A stretch of DNA of 44,878 nt from Octopus bimaculoides (Eukaryota): positions 30,629,363 to 30,674,240 of the forward strand of contig NC_068996.1 in assembly GCF_001194135.2 (NCBI RefSeq), given 5' to 3'. Under the pieces are notes generated by a model that was not told the origin of the DNA, made no database searches, and saw only the letters and a list, made by a program, of their open reading frames with translations. Of the stretch, positions 10,099-21,559 are shown in pieces (position 1 is the stretch's first letter; each line of letters starts with the position of its first letter). Made by a program: the position numbers and the translations under genes.

Positions 10099-11362
10099 CA
10101 AGAAGAACTGATTGGCCAGCTACAAGAACAACATTTCCACCAATACATGCAGCAAGTCTACCGTCAGCAATTGATGCATCAACAACAACAATATATCCAG
10201 TTGCAGTCTTTGAATAGGCATCCCACAGCTCCTTGCTATGACAATGCTGTTTCCTCATCGACATCCACAGTTTGTCCTGGTAGTGGTAGTGGTAATAATA
10301 ATAATAAAGAAGGCTTGGCAAGCAGTAGAACTCGAGGAGCTGGTAGCAAAATGGCCCATGCTAACCAGTTTCCTCAAAATAACCACATCAGCAATAGTAG
10401 TAGTGATGGTTGTGGTGTCGGTCATGATAAGAACCATAATAATCCTGGGTCAGCTGATGGTGGTGGGGCAAGTAGTAGTAATAATAATAATAATAATAAT
10501 GATAATCATTGGTCAGTTGATGGTGAGGGGTGTGGAATTAACCATGGTCATAGGCCGGCCAGTTGTGGTGGTAATGACTTCTCTCAGAATATTGTACAAG
10601 GTGAAACTCATTCGACTGCAGTTGGAGCAGGAAACAGTGGTGTCGGATTGTCTGGTCTTTCAGCTGGTATGAATGTACTTACAACAGGAACAGTGACACC
10701 AACTGCAGCCACAGGGGCAGCAGCCGCTACTGCTAGTTCTGATACTATTACTGGCAATAGCAATGCCACAGCAGTAACCAACACACAGCAAGGCCCACCA
10801 TGGTCTGCTGGAGCTAGAACAACTGCAGCAGCTGGTAATCGTATGGGCATGAATTATAACATGTACAACTACAATAGTGGCCATGACAAAAACACTACTT
10901 TCAACAGTAATATAAACACAACAAATGCAAACAGCAATACTGTTCTTAGTACTACCACTACTACTTCTGCAGTAAGTTCAAACAGTATGTGTAATGCTGC
11001 AACCAATGAACAAGCTGATGGATTGCATAATTCAGCATTTGTGCCCCCACATGCTAAAAGTTTATTTGGTATCCCTGGCAGCGCACCAACAGTGGTACCA
11101 TCATCATCAGTGGCAGACAGTACACTGCAACCGCATCAACAACAACACTCTTTATCACTATCACAAGTCCCACAACCAGCTCAGTCTAGCTTGTCCCAGC
11201 AAAATGAAGGGATGTACAATAACAACAACAACAATAACAGCTACTCTACGAACAATAACAACACAACACCACACTCCAATGACCCAGCGATGGCTGAGGA
11301 AGTTGATGGTGAAGATGAAGCTGCCATCCATGGGAATGCTGCCGATGGTTATGGAGATATGG
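10099..11362 (+). CDS. ACBD3: ACBD3 large coding exon (end of Q domain plus about 385 aa low-complexity linker)
   Basis: Acceptor cAG at 10097-10098. Starts QEELIGQLQEQHFHQYMQQVYRQQL (ACBD3 Q domain) and stays open for 1264 nt to donor G|GTATGT at 11363. Phase 1 matches the next exon. The 3' boundary is less certain than the 5' boundary. Confidence 0.85.
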
Positions 11363-11450
11363 GTATGTATCTTTCTTTCTCTCTCTCTTGCTCTCTCTCA
11401 TATGTTTTACTGTACTGTAGAATATATATACTTGTAAGCCAACACTATAT

Positions 11451-12252
11451 ATCATCATCATCATCATCATCGTTTAACGTCCGCTTCCATGCTAGCGTGG
11501 GTTGGACGATTTGACTGAGAACTGGTGGACCAGGTAGCTACACCAGGCTCCCATCTGATTTGGCAGAGTTTCTACAGTTGGATGCCCTTCCTAACGTTAA
11601 CCACTCCGAGAGTATAGTGGGTGCTTTTACGTGTCACCGGCATGAAGGCCAGTCAGGGGGTACTGGCAACGGCCACGCTCAAAATGGTGTATTTTACGTG
11701 CCACCTGCACAGGAGTCAGTCCAGCAGCACTGGCAACGATCTCGCTCGAATGTCTTTTCACAAGCCACCGGCACAAGTCTCAGGAAGGTGACGCTGGTAA
11801 CGATCATGCTCCGATGGTGCTATTTACGTGCCACCGGTACAGAAGTCAGACAGCTGCTCTGACAGAGGCTCAAACGGTGCTCTTAGCGCTCCACTGGCAC
11901 AGGTGCCATCACGATTTCGCTTTCGCTTGCCCCAACAGGTCTTCGCAAGCCAAGTTTAGTGTCCAATGAAGGAGACGTTGGCATGGGTGCCAGTCGTCAA
12001 ATTTAGTTCGATTTCGGTTTCACTTGCCTCAACAGGTCTTCGGGTCTTGGTCAGAAGTCATTGCCTCGGTGAGGCCCAATGTTTGGAGGTCGTGCTTCAC
12101 CACCTCATCCCAGGTCTTCCTGGGCCTGCCTCTTCCACAGGTTCCCTCAACCGCTAGGGTGTGGTACTTTTTCACACAGCTATCCTCATCCATTCTCGCC
12201 ACGTGACCATACCAGTGCAATCATCTCTCTTGCACATTACAACTGATGCTTC
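11451..12252 (-). mobile_element. 5'-truncated RTE LINE, internally deleted near 12040
   Basis: (CAT)n at 11451, the full 3' UTR modules, and minus-strand WYGHVARMDEDSCVKKYHTLAVEGTCGRGRPRKTWDEVV. Confidence 0.93.
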
Positions 12253-12559
12253 TTAGCACAAGAAGGCAAAAGATAGAAACCAGTTGGAGCCACTGTTCAT
12301 ATGAGGTAGGTATGTGACTTTCCACATGCCAGTTTATATATGTATGTATCGAAGAGTCAAAATGGGGAATAGAACTGTATTTATTTGTGTATGTGAAGAG
12401 TAGGTGTGTGTTCACATGCCAATGTGTCAGAAGTTGGTAGATTAATAGAGGTGTGTATAAATGAAAGATGTGAATGTGTGGGGTGATGGTCAGTCTATTC
12501 ATTTAAGATAGTTATCCACTCATCTTTAGCCAGGCTACCTTTCCTGTGCCATTGGCTGC

Positions 12560-13000
12560 ACCTCAGCCCTTACATCTCATGTCTGGAACCTGATGCATCA
12601 CATTCCCTTTCCCCTCACCTACCATCCTTCCATGCTACCCTCAAGTACACCATCCCGCATATTTTCTGCTGCTTCTGATTTGACCCTTTTGCCCCTCTAG
12701 TTTCTGTCTTCTCATCCATTCTTTCCTTTATTCCTTTCCTCTTCCATCTATTCCTACACAACCCTCTTATTCACATCTCATTTCCCTCCCAAATTCCTTC
12801 CCTGCTCCTACCTGCACTGCCACACTTGACCTTTCCAATAACACCATCACCCTCACTGGACTACCACCTCACATTCCTCATTAGGAACACTTTCTGATAC
12901 AAAGCACCTTAGAGATATCCAACTTGGCAATGATTTGCCTGTTTCTAAACATTTCCACTTTATTGACCATTCCACATAACACCTCTCAGTCTTGGCTTAT
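12560..13000 (-). mobile_element. Highly decayed RTE-like 3' ORF fragment
   Basis: Minus-strand remnants resembling KVPNEE and VLEGSMEG-x-RG, with many stops and frameshifts. Confidence 0.35.
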
Positions 13001-13615
13001 CTTCCAACACCAGATGCCCCGCCACTTCCAGAGAGAAGGAATCTCATCTACTTTCTCAAACTTTATGTGCTCCTTAGCTTAAATTCACTGTCTCGCTTTT
13101 CCTAAATTGTCCTTTCCCCACCCACTCCAGAGTCACACACCTGTTAACCCAGCTCTCCTCACTGTCCTTATCCTCCCCTGTCCTCCACACAACCCTTCTA
13201 CTTTCCACACATGCTCCCTCAGCTTATACTGATACACATTGAAACACACTTCCTATCAGTCATCCTTTCCCCACACATTCACACTTTCCACTTATGCACA
13301 TATTCACACATATATCAATCTACCTGCCACCTTGTTTCTTTGAAACACACTAGCTTGCAGACTTACTCATACACACCTATTTTTCACACACACACACACA
13401 CACATACACACACACACTTTCTCTCTTACTTCCTTTGCTTATATATACATTGACAGACATTCACACACACACACATGCACACACATATTCTTTACACACT
13501 CTCACACTCTGGTACATTCACACAGACATTCTTCTACACTTTAGATCTCCTTGTTTTGGTCAACACCTTTGACTCTCCTATCTTTCTTTATCTTCCACCT
13601 GTCATTTTGGATGCC

Positions 13616-13648
<33 letters not shown>

Positions 13649-13724
13649 TTAAATTCATCTTACTCTCTCTCCTCTTCTCTCTTTCATTGATGGAAGCTAT
13701 TTAATCTTGTGATTTGCAATTCAA

Positions 13725-13918
13725 CCTTGCTTGTGTCAGTAGCACAGAAAAGAGCACTCAGTGCACTCTGTAAAGCAGTTGATGCCAGAAAGGGTATCCA
13801 GCCTTAAAAACCTAGCCAAAATTGAAAAACTGGTGCAAGACATGCTTCTCTAACCTTGTGAATCTTTTTGAAACTGTCCAAACTATGCCAGCATAGAAGC
13901 AGATGTAAAATGATGATA
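13725..13918 (+). mobile_element. Older RTE-tail-derived short repeat
   Basis: AGAAAGGGTATCCAGCC...TATGCCAGCATAGAAGCAGATGTAAAATGATGAT followed by (AT)n. Confidence 0.65.
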
Positions 13919-15165
13919 TATATATATGTGTGTGTGTATGCAGGAGTGTGAATGTATGCCTGTATATATATATATATATATATATATAATAAAGTAAAGT
14001 TGTGGAATACCGTACGAGTGGAAATATATATGAAAGAAGGTTTGAAAATGCACTTATTTTAAAAAAATATTTATTTACTTAANNNNNNNNNNNNNNNNNN
14101 NNNNNNNNNNNNNNNNNNNNNNNNNNNNNNNNNNNNNNNNNNNNNNNNNNNNNNNNNNNNNNNNNNNNNNNNNNNNNNNNNNNNNNNNNNNNNNNNNNNN
14201 NNNNNNNNNNNNNNNNNNNNNNNNNNNNNNNNNNNNNNNNNNNNNNNNNNNNNNNNNNNNNNNNNNNNNNNNNNNNNNNNNNNNNNNNNNNNNNNNNNNN
14301 NNNNNNNNNNNNNNNNNNNNNNNNNNNNNNNNNNNNNNNNNNNNNNNNNNNNNNNNNNNNNNNNNNNNNNNNNNNNNNNNNNNNNNNNNNNNNNNNNNNN
14401 NNNNNNNNNNNNNNNNNNNNNNNNNNNNNNNNNNNNNNNNNNNNNNNNNNNNNNNNNNNNNNNNNNNNNNNNNNNNNNNNNNNNNNNNNNNNNNNNNNNN
14501 NNNNNNNNNNNNNNNNNNNNNNNNNNNNNNNNNNNNNNNNNNNNNNNNNNNNNNNNNNNNNNNNNNNNNNNNNNNNNNNNNNNNNNNNNNNNNNNNNNNN
14601 NNNNNNNNNNNNNNNNNNNNNNNNNNNNNNNNNNNNNNNNNNNNNNNNNNNNNNNNNNNNNNNNNNNNNNNNNNNNNNNNNNNNNNNNNNNNNNNNNNNN
14701 NNNNNNNNNNNNNNNNNNNNNNNNNNNNNNNNNNNNNNNNNNNNNNNNNNNNNNNNNNNNNNNNNNNNNNNNNNNNNNNNNNNNNNNNNNNNNNNNNNNN
14801 NNNNNNNNNNNNNNNNNNNNNNNNNNNNNNNNNNNNNNNNNNNNNNNNNNNNNNNNNNNNNNNNNNNNNNNNNNNNNNNNNNNNNNNNNNNNNNNNNNNN
14901 NNNNNNTGGAATGTGTATATGAGTGTGTGTTTGAGTGTTTTTTGTGTCGGTGGGGATGTTAGGTGTGTGTGTACGTGAGACTGTGCGTATATCTCTTTGT
15001 CTGAGTGTGTATGTGTTGTTTTGATCGTCTTTGTGGTGTGTGTGTGTGAGAGAGCAACCGTATGTATGTGTGAGGGTGTGTACGTATGTGTGCGTATGTG
15101 TGTGTATGTATGTGTGCATCTGTGTGTGTGCGTGGGAGTGTTTTGTGTGAGTGTGGGAGTGTGTG

Positions 15166-15196
<31 letters not shown>

Positions 15197-15526
15197 ATTT
15201 ATATGTATAAATGTCTAAATATATATGTATTATGTGTATGCATGCAAACACCTATGTGTATATGAGGATGAAGTTGCGTACACATATACATATATACATG
15301 TGCATGTGTGTGTGGATATGTGTATGTCTGAGTAACTTCCCTTTTATTCAACGGTTTTTTTTTATAGCGTCTATTGCTATTAATAGCTGATGAGAATGCA
15401 TTGTAGCTCTTTGCTCTGACATTTGAAACTCTGAGTACTATAATGACAACTTACTGTTTGTTTTAAATTATTATATATATAAATAATCCTTTATTTAATA
15501 TCAAGGTCTCATTCTTTTGTTGTCAC

Positions 15527-15563
<37 letters not shown>

Positions 15564-15564
<1 letters not shown>

Positions 15565-17106
15565 TCATCATCATCATCATCTTCGTTTAACGTCCGCTTT
15601 CCATGCTAGCATGGGTTGGACGATTTGACTGAGTACTGGTGAAACCAGATGGCTACACCAGGCTCCAATCTGATTTGGCAGAGTTTCTACAGCTGGATGC
15701 CCTTCCTAATGCCAACCACTCAGAGAGTGTAGTGGGTGCTTTTACGTGTCACCCGCACGAAGGCCAGTCAGGCGGTACTGGCAACGGCCACGCTCAAAAT
15801 GGTGCAATTTATGTGCAACCCGCACNNNNNNNNNNNNNNNNNNNNNNNNNNNNNNNNNNNNNNNNNNNNNNNNNNNNNNNNNNNNNNNNNNNNNNNNNNN
15901 NNNNNNNNNNNNNNNNNNNNNNNNNNNNNNNNNNNNNNNNNNNNNNNNNNNNNNNNNNNNNNNNNNNNNNNNNNNNNNNNNNNNNNNNNNNNNNNNNNNN
16001 NNNNNNNNNNNNNNNNNNNNNNNNNNNNNNNNNNNNNNNNNNNNNNNNNNNNNNNNNNNNNNNNNNNNNNNNNNNNNNNNNNNNNNNNNNNNNNNNNNNN
16101 NNNNNNNNNNNNNNNNNNNNNNNNNNNNNNNNNNNNNNNNNNNNNNNNNNNNNNNNNNNNNNNNNNNNNNNNNNNNNNNNNNNNNNNNNNNNNNNNNNNN
16201 NNNNNNNNNNNNNNNNNNNNNNNNNNNNNNNNNNNNNNNNNNNNNNNNNNNNNNNNNNNNNNNNNNNNNNNNNNNNNNNNNNNNNNNNNNNNNNNNNNNN
16301 NNNNNNNNNNNNNNNNNNNNNNNNNNNNNNNNNNNNNNNNNNNNNNNNNNNNNNNNNNNNNNNNNNNNNNNNNNNNNNNNNNNNNNNNNNNNNNNNNNNN
16401 NNNNNNNNNNNNNNNNNNNNNNNNNNNNNNNNNNNNNNNNNNNNNNNNNNNNNNNNNNNNNNNNNNNNNNNNNNNNNNNNNNNNNNNNNNNNNNNNNNNN
16501 NNNNNNNNNNNNNNNNNNNNNNNNNNNNNNNNNNNNNNNNNNNNNNNNNNNNNNNNNNNNNNNNNNNNNNNNNNNNNNNNNNNNNNNNNNNNNNNNNNNN
16601 NNNNNNNNNNNNNNNNNNNNNNNNNNNNNNNNNNNNNNNNNNNNNNNNNNNNNNNNNNNNNNNNNNNNNNNNNNNNNNNNNNNNNNNNNNNNNNNNNNNN
16701 NNNNNNNNNNNNNNNNNNNNNNNNNNNNNNNNNNNNNNNNNNNTCGAAAATCACACGAAGGCCAGCCAGGCGGCACTTGCAACGGCCACGCCCAAAATGG
16801 TGCATTTCATGTGTCACCCTCACATGAGCCAGTCCAGGGGCACCGGCAACGATCCCACTTGAAGGTCCATACACATGCTGCAGGCACAAGTGCCAGAAAG
16901 GCGACGCTGGGCACAGGTGCCATCACAATATCGATTTCGCTTGCCTCAATAAGTCTTCACAACCTGAGTTTCGTGTCTAATGAAGGAGACGGCATTGGCA
17001 TGGATGCCAGTCGTCGAATTTAACTCGATTTCGATTTCACTTGCCTCAACAGGTCTTCGCAAGTGGAGTTTGGTGTCCAATGAAGGAAGGTACGCATAAG
17101 TGGACT
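15564..17106 (-). mobile_element. RTE 3' UTR copy with expanded repeat modules, spanning gap 15826-16743
   Basis: (CAT)n tail at 15564. Both flanks of the gap match the 19500-20120 UTR modules. Confidence 0.88.
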
Positions 17107-17666
17107 GGCTCATCGTTGTTTTATGCCCAGTTTCCATGCTGGCATATGTTGGAATTCCACTGTCTGGGTCAGCACATATGTGGGTGTACTGTTCACCTAG
17201 ATGGGTCAGAGATCTGTATTTCACCTATTTCATTTTTGGCTTTGTCTCTGCTGTTAGATACCCTTCATAACACCAACCATTTTGCAGAATGTACTAGGTA
17301 CGTTTTTCATGGCTCCAACACTTGAAAAGTAACCATGTCTTTAACATGATTAATGGGACCTCACAAACCCATGGCCTGTTACTAGTCATTTTACCAAGTC
17401 TGTGGAATGTGTTTTAGGTACATGAATGATAAATAAGAGAGGTATGCAATAGGTAGACGGGTTATAGGAATACTCAGTATTCTGAGATATGTATAGTCAA
17501 GGCCATGTGGCCAAGATGATAGAGCAATGACAAAAGTCAACATGACTCAAGGGACTGAACAATAAAAGCTACCGATTACAACTGGTCCAATGTAGTCTCC
17601 TTTACATAGACTGTCTGTTTGTCTACCTGTCAATCTCTCAATCAATAAATACATACGTTTGTGTGC

Positions 17667-17716
<50 letters not shown>

Positions 17717-17720
<4 letters not shown>

Positions 17721-18040
17721 AAGGGTAAAGGGTAAAGACCCCCACCCCCTTTGGTTATGAATGACCATGGGATTGCACCTAGAAAGCTCCCTTCCAAAGC
17801 ACAAGTCTAGGCAAGGTTGTTTGTGGAAGACCAGCAGTTGCCCATGCATACCAGTGTCCCTGCTCTACACCAATGATGTTGTCCAAGGGAAAGGCAATAA
17901 CCAATTCAGCTTGACCCCAGTGATATCACCACTCATTTCTACAGCTGTGTGAACTGTAGCAACATGAAATAAAATGTCTTGCTTAAGAACACAACACACA
18001 GCCCAGCCATGGAAGCAAATCACCACCTCATGTTTGAACC
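17717..18040 (-). mobile_element. Second tRNA-type SINE family with (TTTACCC)n tail, head truncated by the RTE insertion
   Basis: GGGTAAAGGGTAAAGGGTAAA at 17717. Minus-strand body TGTGTTGTGTTCTTAAGCAAGACATTTTATTTCATGTTGCT...CAGCTGTAGAAATGAG, a layout recalled from octopus SINEs. Confidence 0.65.
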
Positions 18041-18052
18041 ATATACCTGCAT

Positions 18053-20120
18053 GTATCAAGTTGTTAGATCAGGTAATGAAAGTCACAGAGAGGGTCATAA
18101 CCCAACTTATTAGGGAGAGAGTCAGTTTAGATGAGATGCAGTTTGGGTTCGTGCCAGGTAAAAGCACCACTAATGCTATATTTCTGGTAAGACAGTTGCC
18201 GGAGAAATACCTAGCCAAGGATAAACATCTGTACCAGGCTTTCGTTAACATGGAGAAAGCCTTTGACAGGGTCCCCTGATCCCTTATCTGGTGGTCAATG
18301 AGGAAACTAGGGATAGAACAATGGTTAGTGAGAGCTGTGCGAGCCATGTACATAGATGCTGTCAGTGAAGGTGAGGTTTGGAAATGAGTACAGTGAAGAA
18401 TTCCAGGTAGAGGTAGAGAGTTCAGTCCTCAGTCCCCTCCTATTTATCATAGTCCTCCAGGCGATAACTGAGGAATTCAAGACAGGATGCCCCTGGGAGC
18501 TCCTCTATGCTGATGACCTTGCACTAATTGCTGAGTCACTATCAGAACTGGAGGAGAAGTTTCAGGTGTGGAAGCAGGGACTAGAATCAAAGGGCCTTAG
18601 AGTCAACCTAGCTAAAACCAAAGTCCTAATAAATAGGAAGGTAGACAAAACACAAACCCTTTCAGGTAGATGGCCCTGCTCAATCTGTAGAAAAGGTGTA
18701 GGTAGAAACTCTATAAGATGTACCCAGTGTAAGCTATGGACACATAAGAGGTGCAGCAATATCAAAAGCAAGTTAACTAGGAAGTTAGTTTTTGTATATG
18801 GCAGACGTTCAGATGCAATAAACACTGAAATTGTGCAGAAAACAACTTCTGCCGCATTCCAGGGAGAAAAACTAGACGTAGTTGATATCTGAGTGACCAA
18901 GTTAATTGTGGGGGAGGGTGCACTGAAAGTGTAGCTGCTACAATAAGAATAGCCTGGGCAAAGTTCAGAGATCTCTTACCTCTGTGGGCAACAAAGGGCC
19001 TCTCACTCAGAGTAAAAGGCAGACTGTATGACGCATGTGTATGAACATCCATGCTACATGGCAGTGAAACATGGGCTGTGGCTGCTGAAGACATGCGTAA
19101 ACTTGCAAGGAATGAAACCAGTATGCTCCGATGGATGTGTAATGTCAGTGTGCATACTCGACAGGGTGTAAGTACCTTGAGAGAAAAGTTGAACCTAAAA
19201 AGCATCAGTTGTGGTGTGCAAGAGAGATGATTGTGCTGGTATGGTCATGTGGTGAGAATGGATGAGGATTGCTGTGTGAAAAAGTACCACACCCTAGTGG
19301 TTGAGGGAACCTGTGGAAGAGGCAGGCCCAAGAAGACCTGGGATGAGGTGGTGAAGCACGACCTTCGAACATTAGGCCTCACCAAGGCAATGACCAGTGA
19401 CCGGGACCTTTGGAAATATGCTGTGCATGAGAAGACCGGCAAGCCAAGTGAGGCCAAAATCCAAGGCCTCTGCCTGGGATGTAACCAGCCCACTTACGCG
19501 TAACATTCCTTCATTGGACACTAAACTCCGCTTGCGAAGACCTGTTGAAGCAAGTGAAATTGAAATCGAACTAAATTTGTAGACTGGCACCCATGCCAAT
19601 GTCTCTTCATTGAACACTAAACTCGGCTTGCGAAGACCTGTTGGGGCAAGCAAAAGCGAAATCGTGATGGTATCTGTACCAGTAGATCACTAAGAGCACC
19701 GTCCGAGCGTGATCGTTGCCAGAGCACCAGCTGTCTGGTTTCTGTGCCGGTGGCACATAAGTAGCACCATTTGAGCGTGATCGTTACCAACGTTGCCCTC
19801 CTGGCACTTGAAAAGACATTCGAGCGAGTTCGTTGCCAGTGCCGCTGGACTGGCTCTTGTGCAGGTGGCACATAAAATACACCATTTCGAGTGTGGTCGT
19901 TGCTAGTACCTTCTGACTGGCCTTCGTGCTGGTGGCACATAAAAAAACCCACTACACTCTCGGGTTGGTTGGTGTTAGGAAGGGCATCCAGCTGTAGAAA
20001 CTCTGCCAAATCAGATTGGAGCCTGGTGTAGCCATCTGGTTCACCAGTCCTCAGTCAAATCGTCCAACCCATACTAGCATGGAAAGCGGACGTTAAACGA
20101 CGACAACGATGATGATGATG
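18053..20120 (+). mobile_element. 5'-truncated, defective RTE-clade LINE: RT domain, PHD-like finger, 3' UTR, (GAT)n tail
   Basis: IKLLDQVMKV...QFGFVPGKSTT...FVNMEKAFDRVP, LLYADDL, PCSICRKGVGRNSIRCTQCKLWTHKRC, WYGHVVRMD...GRGRPKKTW. Stop at 18277-18279, frameshifts, and loss of the GVHQG motif that is present in the 43755-44878 copy. Confidence 0.97.
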
Positions 20121-20151
20121 TATATATAAAGGATACTTATATTTACTTCAG

Positions 20152-20273
20152 GTGAACTACCTCCACTAGCTGCAGCTTCCCTTTGGACCAGAGGTGAGAT
20201 GAAGGAGTTCAAATCTGCTCTCAGCCAAGAGAAGGATTGCGTCATCAGGGTTGGATCCGGCGAAACTGTCACG
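20152..20273 (+). CDS. ACBD3: ACBD3 coding exon (unique region and start of GOLD domain)
   Basis: Acceptor cAG at 20150-20151, donor GTAAGT at 20274. Translates (G)ELPPLAAASLWTRGEMKEFKSALSQEKDCVIRVGSGETVT, matching recalled ACBD3 [21 protein letters not shown]...VITVGRGEVVT. Confidence 0.95.
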
Positions 20274-20909
20274 GTAAGTGGTTTGGCTCTGTGTATTTAT
20301 AAATAGTAATATAAATATGCCTGCATGCACACACTCACACACACACACACACATATTTAGTTCACAAGGAAAAGATTGACTTGGAAGTTTTGTTGTGGGC
20401 AGGCTTTCTAAGTATGTTTGATTTACCAGATAAAAAGCACAGTTAATGTTTTTTTGTGTGTGTGTGTGTGTGTTTGCTGGCATCATTGTTATTTTACATA
20501 AATACATGGTGTAAGGTCAATATACAAAGTAGAAAGTGCCACGTGTGTGAAATGTGCATAAAGAAAAGTAGGTAGGGTTTGAAAAATATTTTTGTAGGCA
20601 TGCAGTTGTGAAACAAAGAAAGAAGGGTTGAAAATGTTGGAAGTGCTAAGATTGGAATATGAGAAATAATTAAAATTCCAACATGAGAATGGAAGTGTGA
20701 GGAATTCATGAATTTAGGAAGGAGGTAAAAAGTGTCTGAGTGACAAAAGCTGTGGGATGAAGGTAGTGACAGAAAATATGGGAGAGAGGCTGAGAAGCAT
20801 GGAGGGTAGTGAGGGGAAAGAGATGCTAAAAATGGTGGTGTCAAAGTGTGCCCACAGTAAGAAGGCAAAACAGGAGATCTGGAAGGGTGGGTGGGTAGAA
20901 GTTGCAAGA

Positions 20910-21300
20910 TAGCATGGGGCAGATTGAATAATGGGTGAAGAGGGGGTTCCGAACCACATGGGTCTGGGTTCAGTTTCATTGCATGGCAACTTGGGCAAGT
21001 ATCATTTTCTATAGCCTTGAGCTGAGCAAAGCCTTATGGTAGATAGAAACTGAAAGAAACCTTTTGTATGTGTGTCATTTTGTCTGTTTGTTCCCCACGA
21101 CCACTTTACAACTGGTGTTGGTGTATTTACATCCCTGTAACTTTTGCGGTTCAGCAAAAGAGACCAATAGAATAAGTACCAGGCTTTAAAAAAAAGTACT
21201 GGGGGTTGATGCATTCAACTACAAATTCCTCAAGGTGGTACCTCAGCATTGCTGCATTCTAATGACTGAAATGAGTGAAAATAGTAAAAAGATAAGAGTG
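20910..21300 (+). mobile_element. tRNA-derived SINE, degenerate copy
   Basis: CCACATGGGTCTGGGTTCAG, CTTGGGCAAGT, and TTTACATCCCTGTAACTT..GCGGTTCAGCAAAAGAGACC, as in 37579-37956. Confidence 0.8.
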
Positions 21301-21559
21301 AAATTAAGGAAGAGAAAATGATGATTGGCAGTACAGAAAGGGTGAACAGTAGCAAACTAGAGGAAAGATGAAAGAAAAAGAGATGAAGAGTGGGTGGTGG
21401 GTGTGTAAATTGCAAGAAGTGGGGAGAATGTAGGTAGTGAGAGCTGTAAAACAATAGGCGTGGAGGTGGTCAGAGGTACATAGAGATAGGTCAGCAGGTA
21501 GTAGTTTTGCCAAAAACTATGGACTTTGTATTGCTGGTTCCTGGTACCAATATCCTGAG

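Noticed and set aside
10238-11470. Alternative-frame and antisense ORFs overlapping the large ACBD3 exon
   Set aside because: By-products of trinucleotide low-complexity coding sequence (poly-I, poly-V, poly-T frames) with no independent homology.
1432-16743. Extra ACBD3 exons hidden in assembly gaps
   Set aside because: Visible exons join with matching phases and continuous homology, so none is required. Alternative exons cannot be excluded.
14079-16889. Long 350-425 aa ORFs in the track
   Set aside because: Made almost entirely of N gaps and microsatellites.
19507-19960. Regularly recurring repeats resembling a CRISPR array
   Set aside because: Eukaryotic LINE UTR modules: the units are contiguous and degenerate, with no unique spacers or cas genes.
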